Positions 1 through 11,300 of a stretch of DNA of 64,000 nucleotides are shown here, piece by piece (position 1 is the first letter of the stretch; the number at the start of each line of letters is the position of its first letter). Source of the stretch: Camelus ferus (lineage: Eukaryota); NCBI RefSeq assembly GCF_009834535.1, contig NC_045705.1, positions 62,434,001 to 62,498,000 on the forward strand. Reading direction: 5' to 3'. The position numbers were made by a program, and so were the translations under genes. The notes beneath the pieces are model-generated. The model was not told the origin of the DNA. It made no database searches and worked only from the letters and a program-made list of their open reading frames with translations.

Positions 1-182
1 TATTAATATATTGTGACTAAAGATCAAGGAAAGGCTTTCTATCCAATTTTCCTCTAACGAAGTTGTGGGGTGATGACTGGGCATCATCCTTGCCAATCAC
101 ATCTGCCCCAGAAGAAGATGCAAAAAAAGGCTACAAGAATTTCTCCCTTTAGATAGACACCTGATCATGAGAAAATACCTTC

Positions 183-795
183 TGTTCCAGTTACTATTGC
201 TGTGTAACAAGCATTCCCAAAACTTAGTCATATAAAACAATCATTTTCTTATGCTCGCAGATTCTGTGGCATAGAACTTGGATATGGCATAGTGGGGAGA
301 GGTCGTCTCTGCTCTGTGACTTCTGGGACCTCTCCTGGGAAGACTCAGAGTTGGCAATTACCTGACAGTTGGAGGCTAGAATCATCTGGAAGCATCTTTG
401 CTCATGCCTGTCAGAAGAAGTGTGTTGTCAGCTGGGATCTCAGGTGGGCTGTCAACTGGAACACTTTCACTGGACTCCACATGTCGTCTCTCCACATAGG
501 ATGATTTGGGCTTCCTCACAGCATGGCAACTGAGTTCCAAGAGCGCGCATACCGTGAAAGCCAGGCAGAAGCACGTGGCAGACTTATGACCTAGCCTCAG
601 AAGTCACATAGCAACAGTTCTGCCATAGTCCTTCTGCTAAGGCAATGACAAAGGTCCATCCAGGTTCAGGAGTTGGGAGGAGGGGGACACAGACCCCATT
701 ACTCCAAGAAAAAAGGTGAGAAGGTCACATGGGAGGATGAGCACATGGATGGGGGATACCATTGCAGCCAACTTTAGAAAATGCAATCTTCTACA
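183..795. mobile_element. MaLR solo LTR (MLT1 J/K/L-like)
   Basis: tgttccagttactattgctgtgtaacaa...gggcttcctcacagcatggc...tgacctagcctcagaagtcaca...atcttctaca; TG..CA ends. Confidence 0.8.
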
Positions 796-2567
796 CCTTC
801 CGTGTCTAACTTACAACAACAACAAAAAAGTAAGGTATCTAGATCCACCCAGAGTTTATCTCACAGGCAGAGAGCTAAAACCACTCAAGCAGAGAGTGAT
901 AATATCTGAGTGTTAGGTAACCTTTTATTTTGAGCAGAGTAACCCTTTGATTGATCAGCCTCTGCTCTGTGTGGAAAGCATACCAGTTCTCAATGACCTG
1001 AAATTTCTGCCTCGTGGCTTATTTTTAAAGAATTGAAAATTAGGCCTAGGCTAAAGAAAGGATTTATTTTTTTATTAAGGTTAAGTGCCTATTACCTAGA
1101 GGTAGAGAGGTGTGGATGAAGGCACACTCGCTTTGGAGGCAGAGTCCTGGATTTGAATCCTCTCTCTGCCTTTTCCCCAGATCCCTCTCCCTAGACATGT
1201 TCCTTCACCTCTAAAACACAGGGCAGTAGGATTAACTTCTTCAGGATGTTGCCATGAGATTAAGTGAGATAATACCGGCAAACACCCTCCATGCTTGGTA
1301 GCCGCTATGGACAGAATCTCTTATTCCAACTACCAGTGGAATTGGTATATTTTTGTGGGGGGGTTTAAATCCACAGCAATAAAATGTCACCTCATCAATA
1401 TTGCTATAATGTTTATGTCCTCAAATTTTACCATAAATGATATGCTTTTAAATCTGTAAGCATAGGAAGGGGGCTTTTGGGGGGAAATGAAGTTTGTTTC
1501 CACAGGGATCCTTTGGGGATGAGATCCAAAATGATAAGCCTGGCTGAGCCACTGGGCTCTGGGAGCAGGAGGTTCTGGATATGCTGTGAGAACAGAGAAA
1601 CAAGGCTGTTGGCTCAGGGGAAACCTCATCTCACCAGCTCAGTCAGATACGGGCCGGTTTTTGTCCACCACTACAGTGTGCAGAGGTGGAGAGAGAGCAG
1701 AGATTCCCCTGCCCCAGGGCCAGAAGATTCCCACCGGCAAACCAGGGGTGGGAAACTAGTTGGTCTGTGCTTCAGAAAAGGGGCCTCATAATTTGCATCT
1801 TGGTCACCAAGGCAGGGTCTCCAGGGGTTGCCATGGAGACGAGGCTGCCATATTGGTTGGGGGAGACGACCCTCGCTGGAGCAGATATGGCATCAAGAAG
1901 GGACCAGAGCTGCAGAGAAACCAAATGTTAGAGGAAATGAAAGGAGAGGGATAAACAAACGGAGAGGAAGGGAGGGGAAGTGACTCACTGTGAAACTCTG
2001 CAGTTATCCTGGTCTCAAGAACTGAGTTGTATGTATGGGCATGTGGCAGGGGCGGTGGTGGGGGGCTGCCTGTCCGTCAAGCTCACCTTCCATCACAAGG
2101 ATGAAGCCCCTAGCTGTCACCCACTGACATGTGTCCAGTGTCTGGAGCTCTGCCATCTAAATCCAGCCCCATGAAGCTGAGACAGGTTCAATTTTGAGTA
2201 GAGAAGTTCTGAGTTCGGGTCCTGCCATTTAACATTCATGTGACTTTCAGCAAGGCACGTCATCTCTGCGATGCTATTTCCTCACCTGTGAAATAGGGAA
2301 GATGATTCCTGCTCAGCCTTCCTCAAAGGGTACTTTTGAGATTCACGTGCTCAGTATCTGTGCCCAAAGACAATGTAAGTGCCATCAAGGCAGAGACCAC
2401 AACTGCCCCACTCCCAGCTGTCCTCCTAGTCCCTCTCATTGTAATGCAGTCAATCAATATTTGGTGAATGAGTAAATGGGAGGATGATGGAGAACTCAGC
2501 CCCTGTCCTGACTGGGAGGGGAGGGCAGGAAATTTCTCCCGTATCTCTCAACCCCTCCTGCAGGACA

Positions 2568-2754
2568 CAGCTCTTCCAAGTGCGGTCCACACACTGGCAG
2601 AGGCATCACCTGGGAGCGTGTAGAAATGCAGACAGACCTTCAGGCCTGTCCTGGACCTACTGACTCATCATGTCTGGGGTTGGAGCCCAGAAATCTACAT
2701 TTTAACGTGTCTTCCATGTGATTCTGATGCTTACCCAAGTTTGGGAAACATTGC
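2568..2754. mobile_element. MER5A-like hAT DNA transposon
   Basis: caagtgcggtcc..gcatcacctgggagcgtgtagaaatgcag..tgtgattctgatgc..aagtttgggaaacattg. Confidence 0.75.
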
Positions 2755-4554
2755 AATTAGACACTTTGGGGTGAGGGTAAGATGGGGCATGAACAGCCAT
2801 GCCTCGCTTCTTGGGGTAACTTCCTCCCACCTGGGGCACAGGTGTTCATTCCTCAACCCACCCCCACTGACTGCCTGCCTGCACAGGGCAGGGAAACACT
2901 GTGGAAGCTGGCAGGGGGTAGGGACGCAGGGAGAGGTCTTGCAATGCAGTAGCTTGTCTACCCCTTCCTGTGTCAGCAAAACCTGCGGATGCTGTGAGGG
3001 ATCAGGAGATAAGCCTTGCAGGTACCCGAGAGCTTTGCAAAGAGGCCCCTTTATAATCCAATCAACTTCCTTGCACCCTGGCAATGCCCTGCATGGACAA
3101 CTGGATGGCTTCACATTAGGGGTCCCAGGTGCTCCTCTGCTGAGGTCTTGCCCCCGCCTCTTGAGGATCCAAAATTCCTTGTGAGCTGTTGGGAACACAC
3201 AGAAAAGATAAACCTCCAAGATAAGAGCCCATGATAAGAAGTGATGTGATAACCCCAGCCTTGCTGCAGGTTCTTGGTGGGCCTGATTCAAGATGCCCAG
3301 AGCAGCTGTTCACACAAAGGAGGCTGGGGGAGCAAATATTGAAGGAGGACAGCAAGGTCTTCAGAAAGGTCAGAACAAAGGGCAACAAGGCCAAATGACA
3401 AATCCTGCACTTGCCCAGAAAAGCCAACAGCTCACGTCCAGCATCCAGGGATCGGCAGCTGGAAGCAGATGGAGGGTATCAACTGGCGGCTCACCGCTAG
3501 GAAGAGGATGGGCACCTGGCCACACCAATAAGCATCACGGAGGACAGAGGTGACAAATCCACTCGGCTCCGGGGGACCTCAGGGAGCTCCGGATGCCACA
3601 TCCTGGAAGATTGATTGTGTCGTCGTGGGAGACACAGCTGTAGGAGCAGACGTTCAGCCTGGATAAAAGACAATTCTGGGGGAGCTTCAGGAAGACTGTC
3701 TTCAAGTGCTTGAGACTTCTGAGTAAAAGAGAGAGCAGCCTGGACCCGTGTGACCCAGTGAAGGGCAGGCAATGGCAGCCCAACTCCCAGTAACGCCTCT
3801 GCCTCATCAGGGTCCTGCCCTCACTCCAGCCACACCTGGCGATGTCCCAGTGGCCGGATCCAACCTCCTAGACTGAGGAAATCCTTACATATTCTCAGCC
3901 CGTCTTCTGACCCTGGGGCGGGTGGATGTGAGAGCGAGGGCTTGGGTTTAGAGTCGTGAAGCCCCGAGATCCAGTCCTGCCCTTGCACCCTCTCCCAGCC
4001 TTGGATTTCCTTGTGGGTAACCCGAGGCTGTTCCTCCCTGCCCATTCATTCATTCAGTGAACTCTCAGCACTTGCTGTGATCACCCTCCTGCACCGACAC
4101 CCTAAGGGACTCAATGAGCACCCAGGGGAGGCCTGGCACTTCACAAGTGCACAGTGAGTGACGCTGGCATTGCCAGGGCCTGTTTCCCAGCCATCTCTGA
4201 TCTTGATGCTGAGCAGAGGACCACAGGGATACAGGCCCTGACATCTCAAACCTGACATGTCAAACCCTCTCAGCCCAGCAACTGTGGCTGGGTGGAGGCT
4301 CAATGGCTCAGCGAATAACACCTGATCCGTATCTTCTATCATCTGTAAGCACACGGTTTCCTTCAATCAGCAGATCTCAGGTTACATAAATCGAGGTATT
4401 GCCAGTTCAGCACACTCTGCCCCGCACATGCACACATGGGGCCTCAGCCAATCGTGGGGCAACCTGGCACCCAGCACCTCCCAGGGCACAAAGCAGGATC
4501 CTTGTGAGGAACGGGCAAAGGAGGCCCACGGGAGGCACCGTTGCTGGGCAACAA

Positions 4555-4870
4555 AACTTGCCAGCTCTGGAACTGCAGTCCTCGCTCCTGGATGTATAGC
4601 TGCGTGATTTTAGGCAAACACCTTAGACTTTCTGTGCCTTGGTTTCCTTACCTGGATGACAGGGAGATTTACTCTTCAAAGTTGTAGCTCTGAAATCAGA
4701 AGCCTACAGGTGGATCCCACCTCCACCATGTATCTGCTGTGTGACCTTTACAAGTGTCCCAGCCTCTCTGTGACTCAGTTTCTTTATCTGTGAAATGGGT
4801 ATTGTTATAACAGCACCTGCCTCACAGTGTGGTTGTGAGGATTTGTACACAGAGAGCACTTAAAAGAATA
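4555..4870 (+). mobile_element. Two adjacent MIR SINEs (representative of many MIRs, e.g. ~1115, 2190, 7040, 11440, 15470, 17570, 19290, 33690, 39000)
   Basis: MIR core gcctcagtttc(c)ttatctgtgaaatggg..aatagcacctgcctcacag..ttgtgagg. Confidence 0.7.
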
Positions 4871-4974
4871 TCTGGCCCAGTAATTACTTGTCCCAGTGTT
4901 TTTGGCTGGTTCCTCCACAGCCAACTCTGAGACAAGGATCAAGTGCAAGTAGCCTATTCAGAAAATAAATCCAG

Positions 4975-5535
4975 CAATCCCACTCCTGGCCATATATCCA
5001 GAGAAAACTCTAATTCATAANNNNNNNNNNNNNNNNNNNNNNNNNNNNNNNNNNNNNNNNNNNNNNNNNNNNNNNNNNNNNNNNNNNNNNNNNNNNNNNN
5101 NNNNNNNNNNNNNNNNNNNNNNNNNNNNNNNNNNNNNNNNNNNNNNNNNNNNNNNNNNNNNNNNNNNNNNNNNNNNNNNNNNNNNNNNNCCTGGGTGGAC
5201 CTGGAGATCATCATGCTAAGGGAAGTAAGTCAGACAAAGACAGACAAATACCATATGATATCACTTGTATGTGGAATCTAAACAAAATGACACAAAGAAA
5301 TTTATTTATAAAACAGAAAGAGACTCAGACATCAAAAGCAAACTTATGGTTACCAAAGGAGAAAGGGGGGCAGGGAAAAATTTGGAGTTTGGGATTAGCA
5401 AATACAAACTACTATATATAAAAATAGACAAATAACAAGGACCTACCATATAGTACAGGGAACTATATTCAATAACTGGTAAGAACATGAAAAAGAAAAT
5501 ATATATGCATAACTGAATCGTGAGGCTGGGATATT
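4975..5535 (+). mobile_element. L1 3'-end fragment; 169 N inside
   Basis: atccagcaatcccactcctggccatatatccagagaaaactctaattc..gagatcatcatgctaagggaagtaagtcagac..gggaactatattcaata. Confidence 0.9.
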
Positions 5536-7371
5536 TACAGTAGAAAGCCAAGGAGCCTAAGGCAACAGAGTCCTAACAGTGACTGTAATATCAAGCTTTT
5601 CTGAAAAATTCAGGTGTCTCCCCTGGGCCCCTACACACTATTTATAATCACAGTGACAAACAGCCTGGGTAGAAGCGGAGGGTTTCCAGGCCAGAGATCA
5701 CTTGATGCCTATGTTGATCAGGGGTCTCCTCACCTGATCTGAAAATGTCTGTAAAGCACCTCCCACTCTCACACCACCTGGAGGGGACCCGAGATCACCC
5801 TCTGAAGTATGTTAAGTGGAATCGGCATAGGATCCAATCAGCATTTGAGAGTGATCCCTCCAGCTGGGGACACAGCCCTGGTAATGCACGCCAGGTATGG
5901 CTCTGTGTGGCAGGCCATTTGGGCTTCCTGGCTGGGACAGAGAATTTAAGGAACTGAGAGTTGGGGGTTGGAAGAGCTGGGCGAGGAGATGCAGTGGGGA
6001 GCTGCACTGCTGGGCAGGGGCACTGAGACCAAGCCTCATTGCAAGGACTTACTTGGTCCAGGAGCAAGGGGCCTGAGGGCGCTGAGCCTGTGAATGGAGC
6101 CTCTGAGAGCCACCAGGAAGGCAGGGACTGACACAGGTTTACAGCGCAAGGGTGCCACTGTTTCTGACAATATGGAAGGATAGTGGAGAAGCCAGGCCAT
6201 CACCTTACCCTTAGAGAGGTGACTTCAACAGGTTCAATTCATCAGGACGCATTTTGGATGCTGTGTAGCACCAGCCAAGGGGTGAGAGGTCTTAAGGGAT
6301 CTTCAGTCCACTTTTCCATCCTCCAGGAAACTTGCCTCAGTTTTCCACCTCCTCACCTCCTCACCTCCTCCCTGATCAGCAGTCAAGACACCCTGGGCCC
6401 CATCTGACTCTCTCACTTCTGCTCCAGAGTGATTCAGCAGGTGGGGGCTGTGCTCAGCACTGAGGCCCCTGGATGTCTGCCTGACCTTCTTCCTCAGCCC
6501 CCTGAGCACCATTGGACAACTTCCCAGGCCCTACTCATAACCCCTCAGCTGAAGAAACAGTGGTTTCTAAAAGAATCTTCTGGGACAACAGAACAGGGAC
6601 CCTGGGATGCCTGTGAGCCATCCCCAGGAGGTTACAAGAAGACACTGGAAAAGATCTTCCAAGATGTTCTTCCTAAGAAAGTTACATGCTATGAGTAACT
6701 CAAAGCCATCGACTGGATCTATGCAAAGGAAGAGGGAGGCAGGTTCACACGCTGGGACAATGACCGCTGCCTTGGCTGAAAGAAAGCTCAGAGAGGATCC
6801 AACCTCTGTTTCTAGAACTGAGAGGGTATGGGGAATCGCTGAGGGCCCAGTATGCCAGAGGACAGAGGTGGTGCATCTAACCCTTACCTCAGCATCATAT
6901 ATAAAGCTGACAATGTTATAAAGGGAGAGCCGTAGATTTTTATACTTGAGCACAAAATGGGAGAAGAGAAAGCAAGGGTTACAATTAACACACAACTCAG
7001 GACCTGAGACTTCCCACCTCCAGGATCTTCCAGGTACCATTCACTCTGGCAGTTAGGAGTACTCCGATTGGGTCATTTTATATACAGTAAACTAGTGCAA
7101 AAACACCCATATTACAAATAAGAAAATTGAGGTCCATAAAGGGTATAACCTTTGCCCAATTGCACAGCAGTTAGTTAGAGGCAAAGTTCCCATCCAGCCT
7201 TGCCTGCGGGTTCCCTGGATCTCTGCTCTCCAATCCTCTGTTCCCCCGAAAATGCGCCCCCCCCCCCCTTCCTTTTTCGCCTGCACACTCTCTTTTCCCC
7301 AGGAAACTGGGTTCGCAGGAAAGGCAAAGCGGGATCTTAAGTTAGGCACAAGTAAATGCGGCAAAGCTTTT

Positions 7372-7538
7372 TGCGCATGCGCCTAATAAACCCAGGCCCC
7401 GCCCTCCCTAGACTCCTCCCCATGCCTTTCTGCCCATCACTAAGATGGCCTCCGCGGCAACAGCCCCTCCTGCCCAGCACAAACGTGGCGGCTCCTGACG
7501 TCATAGGACGGCGCCGGTTGTCTTAGAGGCTGCACGTG
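7372..7538 (+). promoter_or_regulatory. CCDC86 CpG-island promoter: NRF1 (GCGCATGCGC 7373-7382), GC box (~7397), YY1-like (AAGATGGCC 7442-7450), CRE (TGACGTCA 7496-7503), E-box (CACGTG 7533-7538)
   Basis: Motifs read directly from a CpG-rich stretch 30-200 bp upstream of the ATG; no TATA box seen. Confidence 0.75.
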
Positions 7539-7567
7539 GGCTCAGATTTGGAAACTCAGGCCCCGCC

Positions 7568-8325
7568 ATGGATACCCCGCTGAGGCGCAGCCGGCGGCTA
7601 GAAGGCCTAGAGCCTGAATCACCCGAGAACCCCACTGCAGGTCTGCGGGCGAGACGGGCCCTTGTGGAGTTCGAGTCGAACCCAAAAGAAACGAGGGAGC
7701 CCGGGTCTCCTCGGAGTGTGCAGCCCCCCAGTCTGCGGTCTCCTAGACATCAGCTGGAGACAAGCCCGGGGTCACCCAGCCCACGAGAGGGGGCAGGCTT
7801 GGGGTCCCCCCGAAGGCAGCCAGAGACGGACCCAGTGTCCCCCCAGAGTCAGGGAGATCCAGTCCTCCAGTCGCCCCAGAAACTGCCGGAATCGAGTCCT
7901 GAATCCCCCCGACTTCAGCCAAAGCCAAGTGAGGAGTCACCAGAGTTCTCCCAGGACCAAGAAAAAGCGGACTCGGAGTTGGCCAAGAGTGAGGAGGAGC
8001 CGCCCTCCGGGTCTCCCTGCCCTCAGCAGCAGCCAGGCCCAGGATCACCAGAGCCGTATCCAGGTCAACAAGCGCCGGGTCCGGAGCCCTCGCAGCCACA
8101 ACAGGAACTAACACCCGAGTCGCCTGGCTCCCCACGGGGTCAGCCCGAGCCGAGCAAGCCATCTCCGGCCCGGGAGTCGGGGAGAGACAGCCTCGGACCA
8201 AAGAAGCGAGAAGGTTCCTCAGTCCAGGCCCCAGCGTCCAAGAAGCCGAAGAAGGAGGAGGTCCCCATAATTCCGAAGGGGAAGCCCAAGTCTGGGCGGG
8301 TGTGGAAGGACCGCTCAAAAAAGAG
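7568..8325 (+). CDS. CCDC86: CCDC86 coding exon 1 (Ser/Pro-rich region)
   Basis: ORF 7568..8329; donor AG|GTGAAG at 8326, phase 2. Confidence 0.96.
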
Positions 8326-11300
8326 GTGAAGTGGGGGACAGCTGGGCAGGGGTAGGGTTCTCTGTGGTGTTGGGGCCTGGGCACAACCTGGAGATAGCTC
8401 ATATCAGTGGGGGTGTCACACAAACAGGTAATTATAATCAGAATGTAGTAGAATGCACTGGGATCTCTGGGAGGGGTGCCCTCAAAGGACCTCTCCCATA
8501 GCATTTAATCTGTGTGTTCATCCAACACGCACTTACCCTTGTCTGCCCTCTGTAGTGGGGGGGGGGGGGTGCAGAAGCAGGTAAACCAGCTACTACTTGA
8601 TAAATAGCAGTGAAGTCTTCATCCACTATTTTCTATTGAAGTAATTTGCCTGTTTGATAGAAAGCATTACCAAGTGCTGAGTGTATATAGGATGCTGTTA
8701 GTAAGGATTGGCCAGAGGAAGGACCTTTCAAACAGGGACCAGCATGCATTGCGGCAGTTAATCCACACATCAGCCCTATGAAGCAGCAAGTGTTAGGATT
8801 ATCCTCATTTCTCATAAGGGGTCACTGAGGATCGGGGAGGCTGAAAGCGGTAGAGGCAGGACCTGAGCACAGATATGATTCCAAGTCTGGGTGTGACAGC
8901 TCTTTACCTGTGCTCTGTAGATGAGAACTAAGCGTGAGGTCTTTTCTGTGCTCGATTAGACGCTTGTTGAGCAAAGGAAGAGGCTTAGCTGCAGTAGGAA
9001 GGTTTAGGCTGCCAGATGGAGAGGTGGGCTCCAGTTCACATTTTAGCTACTGGGAACCACTGGGAAGTCAGGAGTTTGTGGCTGTGAGGGACCATAGGGG
9101 AAGGGCTTTAAGGATGAAATGGACATTTACTGAGGGTTGACTGTATGTCACGCTTTACACGAGGCTTTTTGCAGGTGTCATATTGTTGAGCCCCTAAGAC
9201 TCAAGGCAGTAGGTATTATTCCCTCCCCCCAACACTCTCCCCCATTAAACAAAAAAGATTGAAACTTATGGAGTAGTTTGCTTCAAGTCACCAATCAGAG
9301 ACTTAGAAACTGGAGTGACTGTAGGAGTCGGAGCAGTGAATGGCGGCACTGCCCCTCCACCTTGGTCCTGGAGGTCACAGGGAACAGTGGGGCCACTGAT
9401 GGCCATGGGGAACAAGGTGAGGGTGTTGGCGTTCGGGTGGCAAGAGGGTGATGAGCAAGTTGAGTGTGGGAGCCTGGGGTCCTGGTACTCAGCCTGCAGG
9501 AGGTGGGGGCGAGGGAGATGAGTTCGCTGAGCAAGAGGGAGAGAAGGTTGGCAGGAGATATCGAAAAGCAAGAGAAAGAGGGCATTTTGTCCCACCTCCT
9601 TGCCTGAACTGAAACCCTTCTGGACTTTCTGTTTGCTTGGAGCTGTGCTCCACTTCTCTCTCCTCTTCCCTCCTCCATCATCACTGAGAGTCTTCCATGC
9701 TGACCTCCTCTCCACGTTCCCCCTACATGGGATGCTTCCTCTGAGCTTAGGGCCTTTGCACATGCTGTTCCTCCTATTGAAAGTCTCTTCCCCTGGTCAG
9801 TCCCCACTCATCATTCAGGGCTCAGCTTGAATACCACCCCCTGGAAAAGCCCCCTTTGTCCAGCCCAACCAGGGTTCAGTCCTCATGCTATGTGTTGTCA
9901 TTGTACCTTGTGCTTCTCTTTTGTCACACCCCCATTTGCACAGATTGTTCACTTGTGTGATTCTTGTCGTCTTCCCCTCTAGACCAGAAAGTGGGGCTTT
10001 ACCTGTCACGGCTAGACTCCCCCAGAGCCTAGCACATAAAGGCATGAGTTGAACAAGTAGATGAATGAGAACAGAAGGTAGTTCATTCATTCAACCAGTT
10101 TATATTGTGTTGAGCTAGGGTCTGGGGGCAAACGTGGCTGTAAACAGAACATTCCAGTTGTGAGAAACAGGTAACCAACATGTAATATATATGTGTCAGT
10201 AATAAGAGCAATATAGGAAAATAAACCCCAGTGGGGACGGGAAAGGAGCAGGGGTGCGGGGCATTGTCATGGTGATCAGAGAGGGCCTCCCTGCCAAAGG
10301 GTTGTGAGCAGAGGCCTGAATGAAGCGAGGGAGGGAGGCAGAGCGGCTGTCAGGGAAGAGCGTCCATGCAAGAGGAACAGAAAGACCAGAGGTCCTGAGG
10401 CGGAAGTGTGCTCCTGGGTTTGAGGGACAGTCCAGGGACCTCATCACTGAGCACAGGGGGCGCAGTAGGAGGCACGTGAGGTCTTCCAGGGTTCAGTACC
10501 CCAATCTGGGATGCCCAGCTCTAAGGGCGGGGAGGATGTCCATGCTGCAGCCCCACCCTTCTGTGCTCAGGAGGCCGGGTCTTCGGCAGCAGGCCCTTGG
10601 GGAGGGGGAGAAGGAGCAGGGGGGTTATGCTGGGGTCAGGCAGGCAGAGTCAGGGACTGGCGGAGAGAGGCAGAACCAGGCTGAGGGTGGACGGACCCAG
10701 GGTTAAGGTCCAGACCGTGTGTGCAGACTCCCATGGAGCATTAGGGGGAAGATGGAAGATGGCAGGGAGGAGCAGGACTGAGCCACCCCAGGGGCGGGAG
10801 CAGCGGCGCACCAAAGCCCTGAGGGGCTGGCCTGCTGTGACACTCTGGGGCAGCATACAGGGGATGTGGATAAACAGGAGCTCTTTCAGAAGTCTGGGAA
10901 CTGGTGGGGAGGCGGGAGGGCCACAAGGAGATCTGCTGAGGAGGAATAAAGGCCTGCGGGACACTTGAACCGGCTTCCAGTCGTTGGAGGAGAAAGAGCT
11001 TACAGGAAAGGGGAGCACGAACCCCCGAGCTCTCAGCACCCATCTCAGTGGCCCTCCTCATTTTACGGGTCTGCTGCCTCTTGCTCCTCGACATTTTTTC
11101 CGTCTTCCTGGAATATTTTGCAGCACGTCCGGATCTGTTATTCCACCCGTAGATCCTGGCAGCATGGATTCTTAAGGAGGTAGTCTGGTCTCTCCTAGGA
11201 CTGTGTCACTATCACGCTTTAGAAAATCAAGACTTCCCTGATAACTCCTAACACCCGCTCCATCATCACACAGCCCCTGCTGGGGAGGGAGCAGGGGCTG

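Noticed and set aside
6429-6921. Coding-looking stretch (QDVLPKKVTCYE*LKAIDWIYAKEE) suggesting a processed pseudogene
   Set aside because: No parent gene recognised, and no poly(A) tail or TSD; a TBLASTX search would settle it.
7743-8504. 253-aa antisense ORF and 149-aa alternative-frame ORF over CCDC86 exon 1
   Set aside because: Explained by the GC-rich, Pro/Ser-biased exon; no supporting signals.
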